Below, in pieces: positions 49,393 to 62,149 of a stretch of 64,000 nucleotides of DNA. The number at the start of each line of letters is the position of its first letter. Position 1 is the stretch's first letter. The stretch comes from Azolla caroliniana. Lineage: Eukaryota > Plantae > Polypodiophyta. Location of the stretch: assembly GCA_043228905.1 (NCBI GenBank), contig JBHGNT010000008.1, positions 12,462,001-12,526,000 on the forward strand, read 5' to 3'. Below the pieces are notes generated by a model, which made no database searches, was not told the origin of the DNA, and saw only the letters and a program-made list of their open reading frames with translations. A program made the position numbers and the translations under genes.

Positions 49393-52281
49393 CTCCACCA
49401 GGATAAAAGGCAAAACAATAGAGTGGGAAACACAGGAGGCAATACGAAAGCAAGCCACCGAGTGGGTGAAGAAGGCAAACGAGCAGAATGTCACTGAGCT
49501 TGAACAACAAAAGGAGAAACCGGCAGAATCCACCGACACGATTCAGCCGGAAAACTCAACATGGCAAGCGTTACAAGAATGTTAGATTATGTTGCCATTG
49601 GGCCGGTTATTACAACTAGTGCCCCGGTTTACGGAAGGGCTCAAATCAGGAAAGACCACTTCAATTCCGTTGCCGGCTCCTGCGTTCTTCTCTAATCCAG
49701 AAAAAGGGCCAGCAGTGGTAGACACGAACAGTCCGGCAATCACTGCCATCGTCAAAGGACGTGAATTCCTTTAATAAAGTGATCATCGCCACAATCGTCC
49801 CTATAGGATCGGGCGTGAACGTGATCAATCTACGGACTTGTAATACCCTGGGAATCCAGGAATGGGAGCCTTGCCCGTCTTGGGTCCGGATGGCGGATAC
49901 AAGTTCGGTAAGACCTACCAGTTTGATACGGGATCTAGACATAATTATCGAAGGTCACACATTCCGCATCTCGGCGGTGGTTCTCCAGCTCAATGCGCAA
50001 GGGGCTTACCCGTTGTTTTTGGGCCACCCATGGCTAAAAACGGCACATATCAAACAAAACTGGCGGGAAAACATGATTACCTTCCAACACAGAAAGACTA
50101 AAGTAAGGGTACCTACCCACCCTTGAGTGAGTACCTGCAAGGAGCTGACACCACTATATGCGGAAGGTGTAAACATGCTCGAGGGGCTTGCGGACGAAGA
50201 GGTCAACCAATACTTAGAAGAAAACCCAAAAATTGTACCCCTATTTGAAATTGATGTGGCAGAAGCAGGGTCACCATATAGAATGCAATCGGACAACGCC
50301 GTCAAGGAACCGTATCGGGAAGCTATCAGAGAATTACGGCAAGCCCAGGAAGCTCTGGAGAGGGAGATAGCGGTATCCCAACGCGTGAAAGCATCCCAAT
50401 TAGAAGACGTGAACTTAGGGATTGGGGACGATGCCAGACAGGTTCATATCGCTAAGGAAATGTCACCGGACAACAACACAGCGATGATCACTTTATTAAA
50501 GGAATTCCGGGACGTATTCGCCTGGTCATATGAAGACATGTGGGGGTTGGATCCTCAATTGTACCAACACCAAATACAACTCAGTAAGGATGCCAAACCG
50601 GTAGCACAACGACGTTACCGGATGAACCCTAACTATGCGGCAAAAAAGCTACGGGTCGGTTTTATCCAACGAGTGAAAAAAGCTACATGGTTAAGTCCCA
50701 TAGTTGTCGTGCCGAAAAAGAACGGTAAGATCCGGGTGTGCGTTGATTACCGGAAACTCAATGCGGCGAACGTAACCAACGCTTTTCCCCTATCGTTTAC
50801 GAATGGAGTGCTAGACGCGGTAGCCAGTCATGAAGTGTATAGCTTCCTAGACGATTTCAGCGGCTACAATCAAATAAGGATGCACCCCGACGACCAAGAC
50901 AAGACGGCCTTCGTCACCGAATGGGGAGTCTTTGTCATAGTGGTAATGATGTTCGGCCTCAAGACCACGCCGACGACCTTCCAACGAATAATCATGGAAA
51001 TATTTGGCGAGTTCATTCTGGCATTCATGCAGGTATTCCTGGATGACTTCGCCGTGTATAGCCGGGAAGGAGAACATCTCCAAGACCTCCGGCTATGTCT
51101 TGAGAAATGCAGGAGTTATCGGTTAAGCCTGAATCCAGCAAAGTGTGTGTTCGGAGTAACAAGTAGTGCATTGTTGGGCCATCTGATCAGCAAGGACGGG
51201 ATCGTGGTAGACCCCGATAAGGTGAAAGAAATCTTAGAAGCCCCGGCAACATCCACGGCCAAAGCTTTGAGTCGGTTTCTAGGGCAAATCAGGTGGCATA
51301 GTCGGATGCTCCGGTTTTTGGCCGATCTTGCTACACCATTGCATGTCGCGGCTCACCGAACACTGTTCCAATGGACAAACACGGAGGGGGAAGCTTACCG
51401 GGCACTGAAAGTACTGCTATCACAAGCACTGGTGGTGCAACCACCGGACTGGTCAAAAGAGTTCAACGTGTTCGTTGATGCGTCCGACATAGCAATCGGC
51501 AGCGCACTAATGCAACTGACGGAACCGAAATGGTACCGACCGGTCTATTATGCTAGGCAGAAACTATTCAACAATGGAAAGAGAAGCCTTAGGGATGATT
51601 TACAGTGTTACCAAGTTCAAGCACTATTTATTGGGAAAGAAATTTTCATTTCATGTCGACCACTCAACGCTATTATATTTGGTCTCAAAGGCATCACTCA
51701 CTAGCAAGTTGGATGGACATTGTTGCTACAAGAGTTCGAGTTCAAAATATATCACTGGTCGGGGATACAACATGCGATTGCCGATTATCTAAGCCGGTCA
51801 GACTCCGGTGAAACCAGCGACGGCGCCCGAATGAGTTTCCGGATGCTGAGTTGTTTAAAGTAACAGCCGAAACGACAACCGATAGCACAGTAGTCGACGA
51901 AGACAAGTGGCTAACCAACATGCATCAATTCCTAAGCACGGGACTCCCACCAAAGGAGATGAACCGGGATGAGTGGAAGCGGTTAGCTGTGCAAAGCCGA
52001 CATTTTTGTCTGCTACAGGACACCATGTACCACAAAGGCGCAGATGGCATATGGCGGCGAGCAGTTTGAAGCGACGAAAAGGACACAATATTACGAGAAG
52101 CGCATTGTGGCATTGCCAGAGGGCACTATGCTGGGGATGCTACGGCAAGAAAGATATGGCACAACAGGCTATGGTGGCCAACGACACTAAAGGACTTGGT
52201 TCGGTACACAAATGTCTATGATTTATGTCAACGGATGGGCCAACCAATAGAACTGGCAAGGATGCCTCACCAGTCGGTGCT
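49393..52281 (+). pseudogene. Gypsy gag-end/PR/RT/RNase H/integrase zinc-finger fragment
   Basis: WLSPIVVVPKKNGKIRVCVDYRKLN, VFLDDF, FVDASDIAIG, H-x6-H...C zinc finger near 52100-52230. Confidence 0.85.
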
Positions 52282-55200
52282 CTTCTATCTCTCAGAGGGT
52301 ATCGTCTTCCTCAGTTTTCCTCAGTCGGCTCGTGTTCGACTTGGTGAGGGGTGTCATCGCTAGTTTCGACGACCCTCGGCTATTCTGGCTTCTCTAGCAT
52401 TGAGAACCACTCCTTGTGGAACCATGACGTGTGTACTTCTTTTCTTGGAACCTTTGCCTGCATGTAATCCTCGTAAACATAGCTCTTCTTGCTCTTTCTT
52501 TTTCTTTTTCTCCTCTTTTTTTTTTTCATTTCAAAGTTCAGACCTAATGGTTATGGGTATTCCTAGTATACAATAAATTACATTAATGTACAACAACCCG
52601 TATTCCTTCCCTTGTGAGAGTTGTGGCTGAGCCCTATTCCTCTCTCGTCAGGTACACACGGGCTACCCACAAGAGTAGAAGACCTCACACAACCGATCCG
52701 ACTATGGAGAAAAGAAAACTTACAACAGTCCATAGTACAATCCGTCAACACTTTCTTGTTGTCATGGCGTGGCTCGCCTAGAAGCGTAGCATTGCGTAGA
52801 CAAAATATATCGTGAAATTGACGAACGAATCACTAAGATTATGGATGGAAGAGACGAAAGAGTAGAGATACAGTAAATAGAAATCAACAAGATATGACAA
52901 GGTAGGATTTTTAAGGAATATAAGATATAAAATGATATTTGAGAAAATGTACGAAATTTATAATCATTATCATGAAAGAGTTACAAAATGGTTGCAAGCG
53001 TCGTTGGACCTTCAATTTTCGTCTCACAAAGAAACCGCTCTTCCCTTCCTTGATACTAGACCATAATCTTCCCTTCAATCTTTCGACGAGGATAAGACTC
53101 GAACCACCGCCCTTCCGTTGCGAGTTGAGGACCACAACCGCCAAGTTGGTTCTGTTCTAGACTTTTGAAGATACCTCTGTCTCTCTCTTTGTCTATTATG
53201 ATATATTATAATTCTCTCTTTATCCAATATAATTTGATTCAATCTTATTTCTTAGTAGTGATTGAGGCTTCCAAAGTTGAGGTTGTGGGTTTGAGTCCTC
53301 TCTAGTGCATGTAATACAATTCCTATAGATACAAATGACTTGAAGAGGATTTTTGGTTGGCCTTTTTTGACGCCTCCATAAATGCCCTTCATGTTAAAAA
53401 AACTTGAATCCCCGTCTTCGAAATTCATTTAATTGTTTCTTCGACCATGATGGGTTGGCTTCTTGAGTTTGTAGAAAATTTCCTATTTCTAACCATTGAC
53501 CTTCATACTCTGTGTCTTTGAACATTATGCTTACATTAAACTCATCATGAGGCTCAATTGATACTTGATAAGCAACTTGATGGCTTGTAGTTGCCCAATT
53601 CTTATCTTCACCTTGCATCACCCTTTCATTTATGAACCTTGCTCTTGACAGCATATCAGGGACTGGGTTCTCTTTGCCCTTTATATGTCATAATTCTGGG
53701 TTCATGGTTCTGATGTATGCAATCCATCAAAGCATTGCAATATCTGGTCTCGTGCAACTTGCTATCATCCCGATGAGTGGCAGACAATCTGTTTCAACCA
53801 CTACATCTGCTCCGATCAAGTAATCTCTATCTGTTTTTAATGCAGTAAGCAAACCCCACAAGTCTCATTTAACTTGTGCATAATTTCTTTGTCTTTCATT
53901 TAATATCTTTGCTCGAAACCTAATAGCATATCGATGTTGGTCTTCATCTTCTTGGTTGATAACCCAACCGATCCCAATTGGGCTAGTACAACTGTCACTA
54001 TAATTGGTCTTTCACCTTTGTAGTCTAGTTGACGAAGAACTAGAGCTTTCAATAATGCTTCTTTCAATTGTTGAACAACTTGTGTATGTTCATCAGTCCA
54101 AATAAACTTCTTCCCTTTTCTTAAAAGTTGGTAGAGAGGATCTGATACATGTGCAAAGTGTGGTAACCAAATATAATAAAACACACATGCACATTAAAAT
54201 CTTCTCACCTCTGTTACTGATTCGCAAACCTCCTTCAAATTTTGTATTGTGTTAATTTTGATCAGTGAAGGCTTCCTTCCATACCAGCCACACATATGAC
54301 TCACTATTAGAACTTCGTTCTACCCAAAGCTTGACTTTGTTCCTGATAGTGTCAAATGCACCTGCTCAAGCTTATTTAAAATACTTTCGCAATCATTAAT
54401 GTGATCCATCACAAACTTTCTGGAACCATTTCCAACCATAGCCTCATATTTATCTCTTTCTAAGCATCCCTTAATAGGAATGTCATCTAAAAATGTCATA
54501 GTTACCTTTGGGGTGTACTCATGGAGAACTTTGTTCATTGCATTAATCATATGAGCAACTAAATTTATCACACCTTGAGGTAGAGTGCACATTCAAACCA
54601 ATCCAATTGGTGTTTTCATTGTTGTGATATTGCGACTATCAATTGCTAGCTAAAATTGGTCGTATCTTGAATATAGGTCTCCCATAGAGTAAAACGCTCT
54701 CCCAGCAAAAGCTTCCGCAAATTCATCAATGATTGGTCTGATTCCTGCATTTCAGATTGTGACTTTGTTGATTGGCTGTAGATCTTGAATGAATCTTACA
54801 AAACCATCTTTCTTTGGAACTATGAACCATCTATTGGAGTATGGTGCATTTGAAGGCTCTAAAATCTTCATCTTGACTTTATCCTTCAGCAGCTCCAACA
54901 ATTGAGGTAATCGAGCTCTCGGTACTACAATAGGTTTAAAATTCCAAGGAATATGAGGGATAGTAAATATTACCATTGGCGTCACCACCTTTTGATCTAC
55001 ACAACCAATTTCCTCATCTTTGAATGTGAACGCTTTCCCATGCCTAAAGATCATTTCTTTGAAAGTTGCGATCTCTGATTGCAGAAGAAATTCACCCCCT
55101 CTGATTCTCAAGTTATTTATTGTCTCCGAAGTGAAGTGATGTCCGATCTTCTCTATTGGTCGAAGCATAGGCTCGGTTGTTGCTACCTCCATCTTCTCTT

Positions 55201-56153
55201 CACTACCAATAAGTAATGGTACTACAACAAGTTTGACCTTTTTATCTATTGTTTTGTATTTTGTATTACATAAACTTTCTACTTCTTCATATTTACGATT
55301 ATACCTATCAATCTCATAATACATATCAATTGAGTTACATGTATCTTCCTAAAACTCTCATCATCTTCTTTCAAATACATTTCTAACTCTTCTATAGTAT
55401 TTGCAAAAGAAATGTCTTCCATAACACTTTCAATCTGCTCTTCCATTTCAAGTACTCCATTATCCTTCAATGCCTGTTGAAACAAATTAGCATTCTTTTT
55501 CAAGTTCCTCTTGCATTCATACATCCTAGTCACACATATATAACACCACTTTCAAAAACATGAAATGACTTATTCATATGTTGCAATGCCTTCTGTGAGG
55601 GTCTTTTAATAATGGGACTATTGCAACCCTCATTTGCAGCAGTCCTAGTCAAAACCTGATTATCAAAATCATCACATTCTTTTGGTATCGAATGATCACG
55701 AAGCTCTTGCTTGTTCCTCTCATGATTTGGGTGAACTGTCATAAATTGTACAGTTCTTCGTCCATCTTGGCTTCGAATCTTCGCATAGGCAAAACCATTG
55801 TCAAGGACTTTGGTCTCCATCCATACCCTTGTGATGTCTGGTTGCCCCAAGATTATCGGATAGGTAGATCCTTCCTACACAAAGAAATGTTGATCTACCT
55901 CTATATCACCAATAGTAACCTTTACATTTGGGCATGCACCAAATAAATCTTCAGTGATTGATGTGGCCGCTTCTACACGCCAACCATGTTGAGTATCAAT
56001 TGGCCATCTACCTTTCCTGTAAAAATCAACACTCATTATATTTTTTTCAGAACCATAATCAATAAGTGTCATCACCGGGTCTGGAACATTTCCAATCTTC
56101 ACATGATGCTCAGTAGTGGCTCTTGCCCAACATTTGCGAGAGTAGTGGCTTCT

Positions 56154-58831
56154 TGTTGGGAATATGTCCCTCCAGTGGGAGGAACCGACTGTTTGGAAGT
56201 AGCCGACAACCAATAGCTGACAATCGAAGAGTCAACATAGAGAATCGATTGTTTGAAAATATTATTATTATTATTATTATAGTAATCATAACAATCAATG
56301 ATATGTAGTAGTGGCTACAATTATAAATAGCCCATATGATGTATCAATATATATACATCTAGGGCAAACAAATGTGAAGTGAGGTGTGTGCGTAAGAGAG
56401 AGAGAGATAGAGAGAGAAAGAGAGAGAGAAAGAGCGGTGCCATAGCTGTGTGCGTAACAGCAGACGCTAAGAACCCTATGTGGTTGACATCCACTGTATA
56501 GTGAAGTTTTTCCTCTATCATGGTTTTCTCCCGTTTTAGGTTTTCCACTGTTGTAATCGTTGTCCTTGACATCCATTGTATAGTGAAGTTTTTCCTCTCC
56601 CGTGGTTTTCTCCCCTTTTAGGTTTTCTACATAAATCTCTATGTATTGTGTCGTGTGGTTGTGTTGTGTATTTTCAGTATTGTTTGATCTTGTGGTTTTA
56701 CGAATCGATTCTCAACAATCTGGTATCAGAGCTTGAGGTGTGAGCGGCTTCCCAGGCATGATAGTTCTAAACTCACAGAACTATGCAGACTGGAAGATAA
56801 AGATGGAGGACCTTATCATAGTCAAAGACCTGTACAAGCCAGTCGACAGAGCAGATATACCCAGGGGGGTATTGGAGTCGGATTGGAAACTTCTTAACAG
56901 AAAGGCAGTGGCCACCATCTGACAATGCATCGACGTAAGTGACTTGCAACATGTAGAGCACTCAAGAATAAATGGGTCTACAAGGTGAAGACTAGAGAAG
57001 CCGACAGTGAGCCCAGGTATAAAGCCCGCATAGTGGTGAAGGGTTTTCAACAGAAAAAGGGTGTCGACTTCGACGAAATATTCGCACCAGTTGTGAAGAT
57101 GACATCCATCTGAATTGTTCTGAGTATAGCGGCCAGTATGGACCTGGAGATCGAACAGCTAGATGTCAAAACCGCATTCTTACATGGGGAGCTAGAAGAA
57201 AAAATCTACATGCAGCAACCCAAAGGCTTTGAGGAGAAAGGGAAAGAGAACCCGGTGTGTCGACTGAAGAAAAGCTTGTACGGTCGGAAACATGCTCCAC
57301 GCCAATGGTACAAGAAGTTCAAGTTCTTCATGATGGAACACCGGTTCCAAAAAACACAAGTCGATCATTGTATGTTCGTCAAAAGGTACGAAGAAGGAGA
57401 CTTCTTGATTCTCTTGTTATATGTTGATGACATGTTGATACTCGGTCAAGACACAAAGAAGATCGGAAGCTTGAAGAAAGCTCTAAACAGGTTGTTTGCC
57501 ATGAAAGACCTTGGACCGGCTAAACAGATCTTAGGAATGCACATAGTTCGAGATAGAACTCAAAAGGTACTATGGTTGTCACAAAAAAAGTATGTGACGA
57601 AGATCCTAGAAAGGTTCAACATGTCGTACGCAAAGACGGTCGGCTCGGTGTTGCCGACAATTTGTAGGTTGAATGTGAAGTAGTGTCGGAAAGGGGAGAA
57701 GGATAAGGCCGCGATGAGGAAGAGGTACCATATGCCTCGGTCGTTGGCAGTCTAATGTATGCTATGGTCTGTACGAGACCAGACATAGCATTTGTTGTGG
57801 GAGCCGTAAGCCGATATATGAGTAATCCAAGAAGAGAACATTGGGCAGCGGTGAAGTGGATGCTCAAGTACTTAAACGGCACCTCAGGGGTGTGTCTAGG
57901 GTATGGTGTTGGAAAACCTGTTCTAGAAGGTTTTACCGACTCAGACATGTCGGGAGATGTAGACTCAAGTCGATCCACGTTAGGGTACGTGATGACTTAT
58001 GGAGGGGGAGCAGTGTCGTGGCAATCACGACTGCAAAAGTCTATAGCCTTGTTGACTACAGAGGCAGAGTATATGGCAGCGGTAGAGGCCGGCAAAGAGC
58101 TGATCTGGATGAGAAAATTTCTCAATGAGCTAGGGATGAAACAGAGGGAGTTCTTGATTCACTGTGACAGCCAGAGTGCCATACATCTTGCCAAGAATGC
58201 TACATATCACTCCCGGACCAAGCACATACAAAGAAGGTATCACTGGTTGCGGGAGAAGGTCGAAGAAGGAGAGTTCACACTTGTGAAGATCCACGCGTAA
58301 CAATGCATCCGACATGCTCACGAAGAACCTACCTATGGACAGACTTAAAGTTTGTCGATAGAAGGCAGGATTGACTGACTCCCTCCCACAGGAGTGAAGG
58401 GGGAGTTTGCGTTGGGAGACAGGTCCCTCCGGATGGGAAGGGAGAAGAACAGTGCCGAAATGGTATGAGGAGTACCCGGCTACGGAGAGCCGGATGATAC
58501 AGGCCCGGTGTGAACCAGATGAGTAGTACCCGGCTACGGAGAGCCGGATGATACAGGCCCGGTGTGAACCGGATGAGTAGTACCCGGCTACGGAGAGCCG
58601 GATGATACAGGCCCGGTGTGAACCGGATGAGTACCCGGCTACGAAGAGCCGGATGGTGCAGGCCCGGTGTGAACCGGATGAGGAGACATATTCGTAAATA
58701 TGTTTTTGAGAGCCCATCGAGGCTATATTTATAAATAGCCGAAAAGTCATATTAGTATAAATATGACTTAGGGCAAACTTTTAGTTGTTGTTGTCAATTT
58801 CTGTCTTGCACGAAATCAGAGTGTGTAACTG

Positions 58832-58871
<40 letters not shown>

Positions 58872-59658
58872 GGTCGTTGCCTCTGTTGTAACCGCCGCCT
58901 GTGGCGAAGATAGTGAGCACGAGGTTGTTGCCTCCGTGGACTCATTGTTTTGTACATTCTTACATAGTGACAGTTTGCAGCCTGTGGACTGCCGTGGTTT
59001 TTTCCCTTAGTTTGGGGTTTTCCACGTAAACCTCCTGTGTAGTGTGTGTATATCTTCCTCTCCTTTGTGTCGTGTTTTACTTCCCGTTTTCTATGTATCA
59101 TTCTACGCTCGGTTGTGACCGAGCGTCGTGCATAAGGAACGTTAAGTTTCCGACAGTTTGTTTGGAATATGTCCCTCCAGTGGGAGGAACTAATTGTTTA
59201 GAAGTAGCCGACAACCGATAGCCAACAGTTAGAGAGTCGACACAGAGAGTCGATTGTTTGAACAAACTATTATTATTATTATTATTATAGTAATCATAAT
59301 AATCAAGTATATGTAGTAGTGGCTACAATTGTAAATAGCCCATAGGATGTATCAATATATTTACATCTAGGGCAAACAAATGTGAAGTGAGGTGTGTGTG
59401 TAAGAGAGAGAGAGAGTGGCGCCATAGTTGTGTGCATAATAGTAGACGTTAAGAACCCTGTGTGGTTGATACACTCATAATCAGAGTGTTGTAATCTCTG
59501 TCATTGACATCCACTGTATAGTGAAGTTTTTCCTCTCCCGTGGTTTTCTCCCGTTTTGGGGTTTCCACGTAAATCTCTGTGTACTCTGTCGTTGTGTGGT
59601 TGTGTTGTGTATTTTCAATATTGTTTGATCTTGTGGTTTTACGAATCTATTCTCAACG
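56154..59658 (+). mobile_element. Non-autonomous Copia deletion derivative (LTRs 56154-56717 and 59159-59658)
   Basis: TSD CTTCT (56149-56153 / 59659-59663), PBS 56721-56732. Gag N-terminus joined directly to RT near 56957; RT YVDD and RNase H present. Confidence 0.9.
58410..59155 (+). mobile_element. Solo LTR inserted at the host PPT/LTR junction, containing a 51-54-bp tandem repeat x4 (58465-58683)
   Basis: TSD GTTTG (58405-58409 / 59156-59160), ends (C)GTTGG...CCGACA. Confidence 0.75.
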
Positions 59659-61549
59659 CTTCTTGTCTCTATTGAACTTACCATTGAGGTTGATGCATGT
59701 TGAGAGTCAACAATGATATTGTTCAACTCATCGTTTACCACTACATATGCCACCTTCGGATTTACTTGCTTCTTTCTTCGCACAATATCAATTATTTCAT
59801 CATGAAATTCCTTTTTTGCAATACCTAACACTTCTCTTAGTGTAAATTCTACTCAACTGTCTAGTATTCTTGTTTCTAAAATTCTCTTTAAATCGGTATC
59901 CTTTCGAATATCAGACATTAATTTGAATGAAGGAACAGATTTACCTTTTTCAACTTTTGTGTCCATCTCTTTTCTTTTGCTTTCTCTTGTTTCATGCTTT
60001 TTTGTTGAGCCAATCTCATCATCCAACCTTTTCCTTTTTTCTTCCACTATCACCTCATGCTCTTTGTGTTCTGCCATCTGAGTATAGACTGTCATAGCAT
60101 CTACTGGAACATCCCATCCAGTGCTTTTTCTTACCGAATCTCCTGCAACACGAAGGTCTTCCATCTTTAGCTTTTGCTTTTGTGCGGAACTTACAACCTT
60201 CTCCCAAAAGAATGATCGGGATGGCGTGTCATCAAGACGCATTCTGGCCGTTGCCGAGTAGTACGTTGTAGAAGCCTTCTTTGCCTCAGCTTCTTCAAAC
60301 TTAACCTTAACACCACCATCACCAAAGTTCTTTGTAAGTGGACTTCTAGTTTCAGTTAAGTAAATGTAACCATTTTTCCAGTAGACCAAGTCTCAATTTT
60401 CCATGTCTTTATATTCCACACAATCACGTAATCGATGTTCGAGACTATCACACCACATGCATCGAGGTCGAAATGGTTCCCTTGACTTCGAAGTCTAACC
60501 ATTCTCAAGCTTTGCCACTTTAATTGTTAGATCTTTCATACTTTGAACTAAATCATCAAGCAAAGACTCACTCTTAGTTTCAATCTTTTCTCATGGTTAA
60601 TGTACCATTTCGTGTGATGTTTCTCGACCAAGTCTTTGAACTTCGATGTTTTGCTCAAGCTGATTTGTGATTCCCACATGTGGTATTTGTAGCATTGTAC
60701 CATTCCTTTGCATTCTTTTCATAAATTTATTACAAGCATTTGTTACCTCATTCCAATCTACAATTATACCATCCTCGGTATTTGGTACTTCAAGCATAAA
60801 TTCCAATTCTTTTCTATATCTCTTGTCAATGGCCTGCAAAAATAAAGCAACCTTTTGCCAAGACAAAGAATTTCTTTCTTCTAGCTTTAAGTGTCCATAC
60901 AATCTATAAACTCTTTTCTCGTGTCAGCCACAGATAATCCTTTATTTTCTTTTAGGACCCATTCATGGAATGAACGCATAGTAACGAGAGAGAAATCCTC
61001 ACAAGCATATTCAGACACAATTCAAACACAAATGGTTCTTTGAATGCATTCCAATCCAAACTATGCAATGTTTGTATTTCATGAATTCTATCTCTTAATT
61101 CCATGTCCACTAATTTATAAAATTTTGATATCATATTGACATCATTTATACTAGACATTTCCATTTCATCATAATATATATTCACATACTTCGAAATATT
61201 TGTGCCATCAAACATACAAATCTTCTCTCGGACTTCTCGTAAGGCATGAAATAATCGATCTTGATTCTAGTCTTTCGAAAATACCTCTTTCTCTCTCTTT
61301 GTCTATTATGATATATTATAATTCTCTCTTTATCCAATATAATTTGATTCAATCTTATTTCTTGGTATCTTGTGACTACATCCCCTTCTCTTTTAATAGC
61401 AAAGGGATAGTCTTGCATGTGGTCTGTGTGGCGCACATGCAGAGAGGCTCTTGCATGTGTGCTATATGGTGCACATGTAATACATTACAACACTATTTAA
61501 TACAAGTTCAAATAATACAACACGTAGGTTTTTGATGTGTTGTGGGTAT

Positions 61550-61726
61550 TGGCTAAGTGGTAGTGATTGAGGCTTTCAAAGTTGAGGTTGTGGGTTTGAG
61601 TCCTCTCTAGTGCATGTAATACAATTCCTATCGATACAATGTACTATAGTATAATTTGTATATCATGAATGTTGGCTAAATGGTAACATGTGAGGATCAT
61701 AAGGTGGAGTTTGTTAGTTCAAGTCA
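61550..61726 (+). promoter_or_regulatory. Two tRNA-type A/B-box modules, antisense to the reversed LTR
   Basis: TGGCTAAGTGG (61550) with GGTTTGAGTCC (61593), and TGGCTAAATGG (61673) with AGTTCAAGTCA (61716). Both 43 nt apart. Confidence 0.6.
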
Positions 61727-62149
61727 TCTTGTGTCCTCATAATATAGTGTTTTACTTTTCTCACCTATATAATGTATAATATTATATAAAACACTATCAA
61801 ATTCTTTTTATTTTAGTTATGTATTTATTTGATTGTAGACTTTTGATGTGCAGCTTTCACACTTTATGACATCGTCCAAAATGACCGATCCCGTTTACAG
61901 TTTCCCTACCCTCCTTTTATAGTTCAAGGAGGGTCCATAACATCATGTTGTAATGATATTCGTTTTCCGTTAGAGATTTCCCATGATTCTCGTAAATCCC
62001 TCCCATCATGTCCTATTATTCTTCCCCTCTTTTTGAGGTCCCATCAGTGCTAATAAACTATTTTTTCTTGACCTTATACTTTTTATTTACATTCTTTTTT
62101 ATACCAAGACCATTTCATGTGCATACATGCACTCCCTTGTTCCATGATA

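Larger units (their letters stand above)
52760..61871 (-). mobile_element. Internally deleted non-chromoviral Gypsy with LTRs related to the 1236/34228 family (gag-PR-RT-RH kept, integrase lost)
   Basis: Outer ends match the reverse complement of the solo-LTR ends, TSD TTGT/TCGT. Overlapping LTR remnants at 52760-53335 and 61262-61871. LIDYGSE, PMVIFTIPHIPWN, FLDDIPIKG. Confidence 0.8.
52500..62149 (-). repeat. Reversed LTR of the 17460 family, split by the 52760-61871 insertion
   Basis: 61872-62149 is the reverse complement of the first ~320 bp of the 17460 LTR and continues left of 52759. Left boundary approximate. Confidence 0.6.

Noticed and set aside
58130-58750. 206-aa repetitive minus-strand ORF
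   Set aside because: It is an antisense shadow of the 51-54-bp LTR tandem repeat and Copia RNase H.
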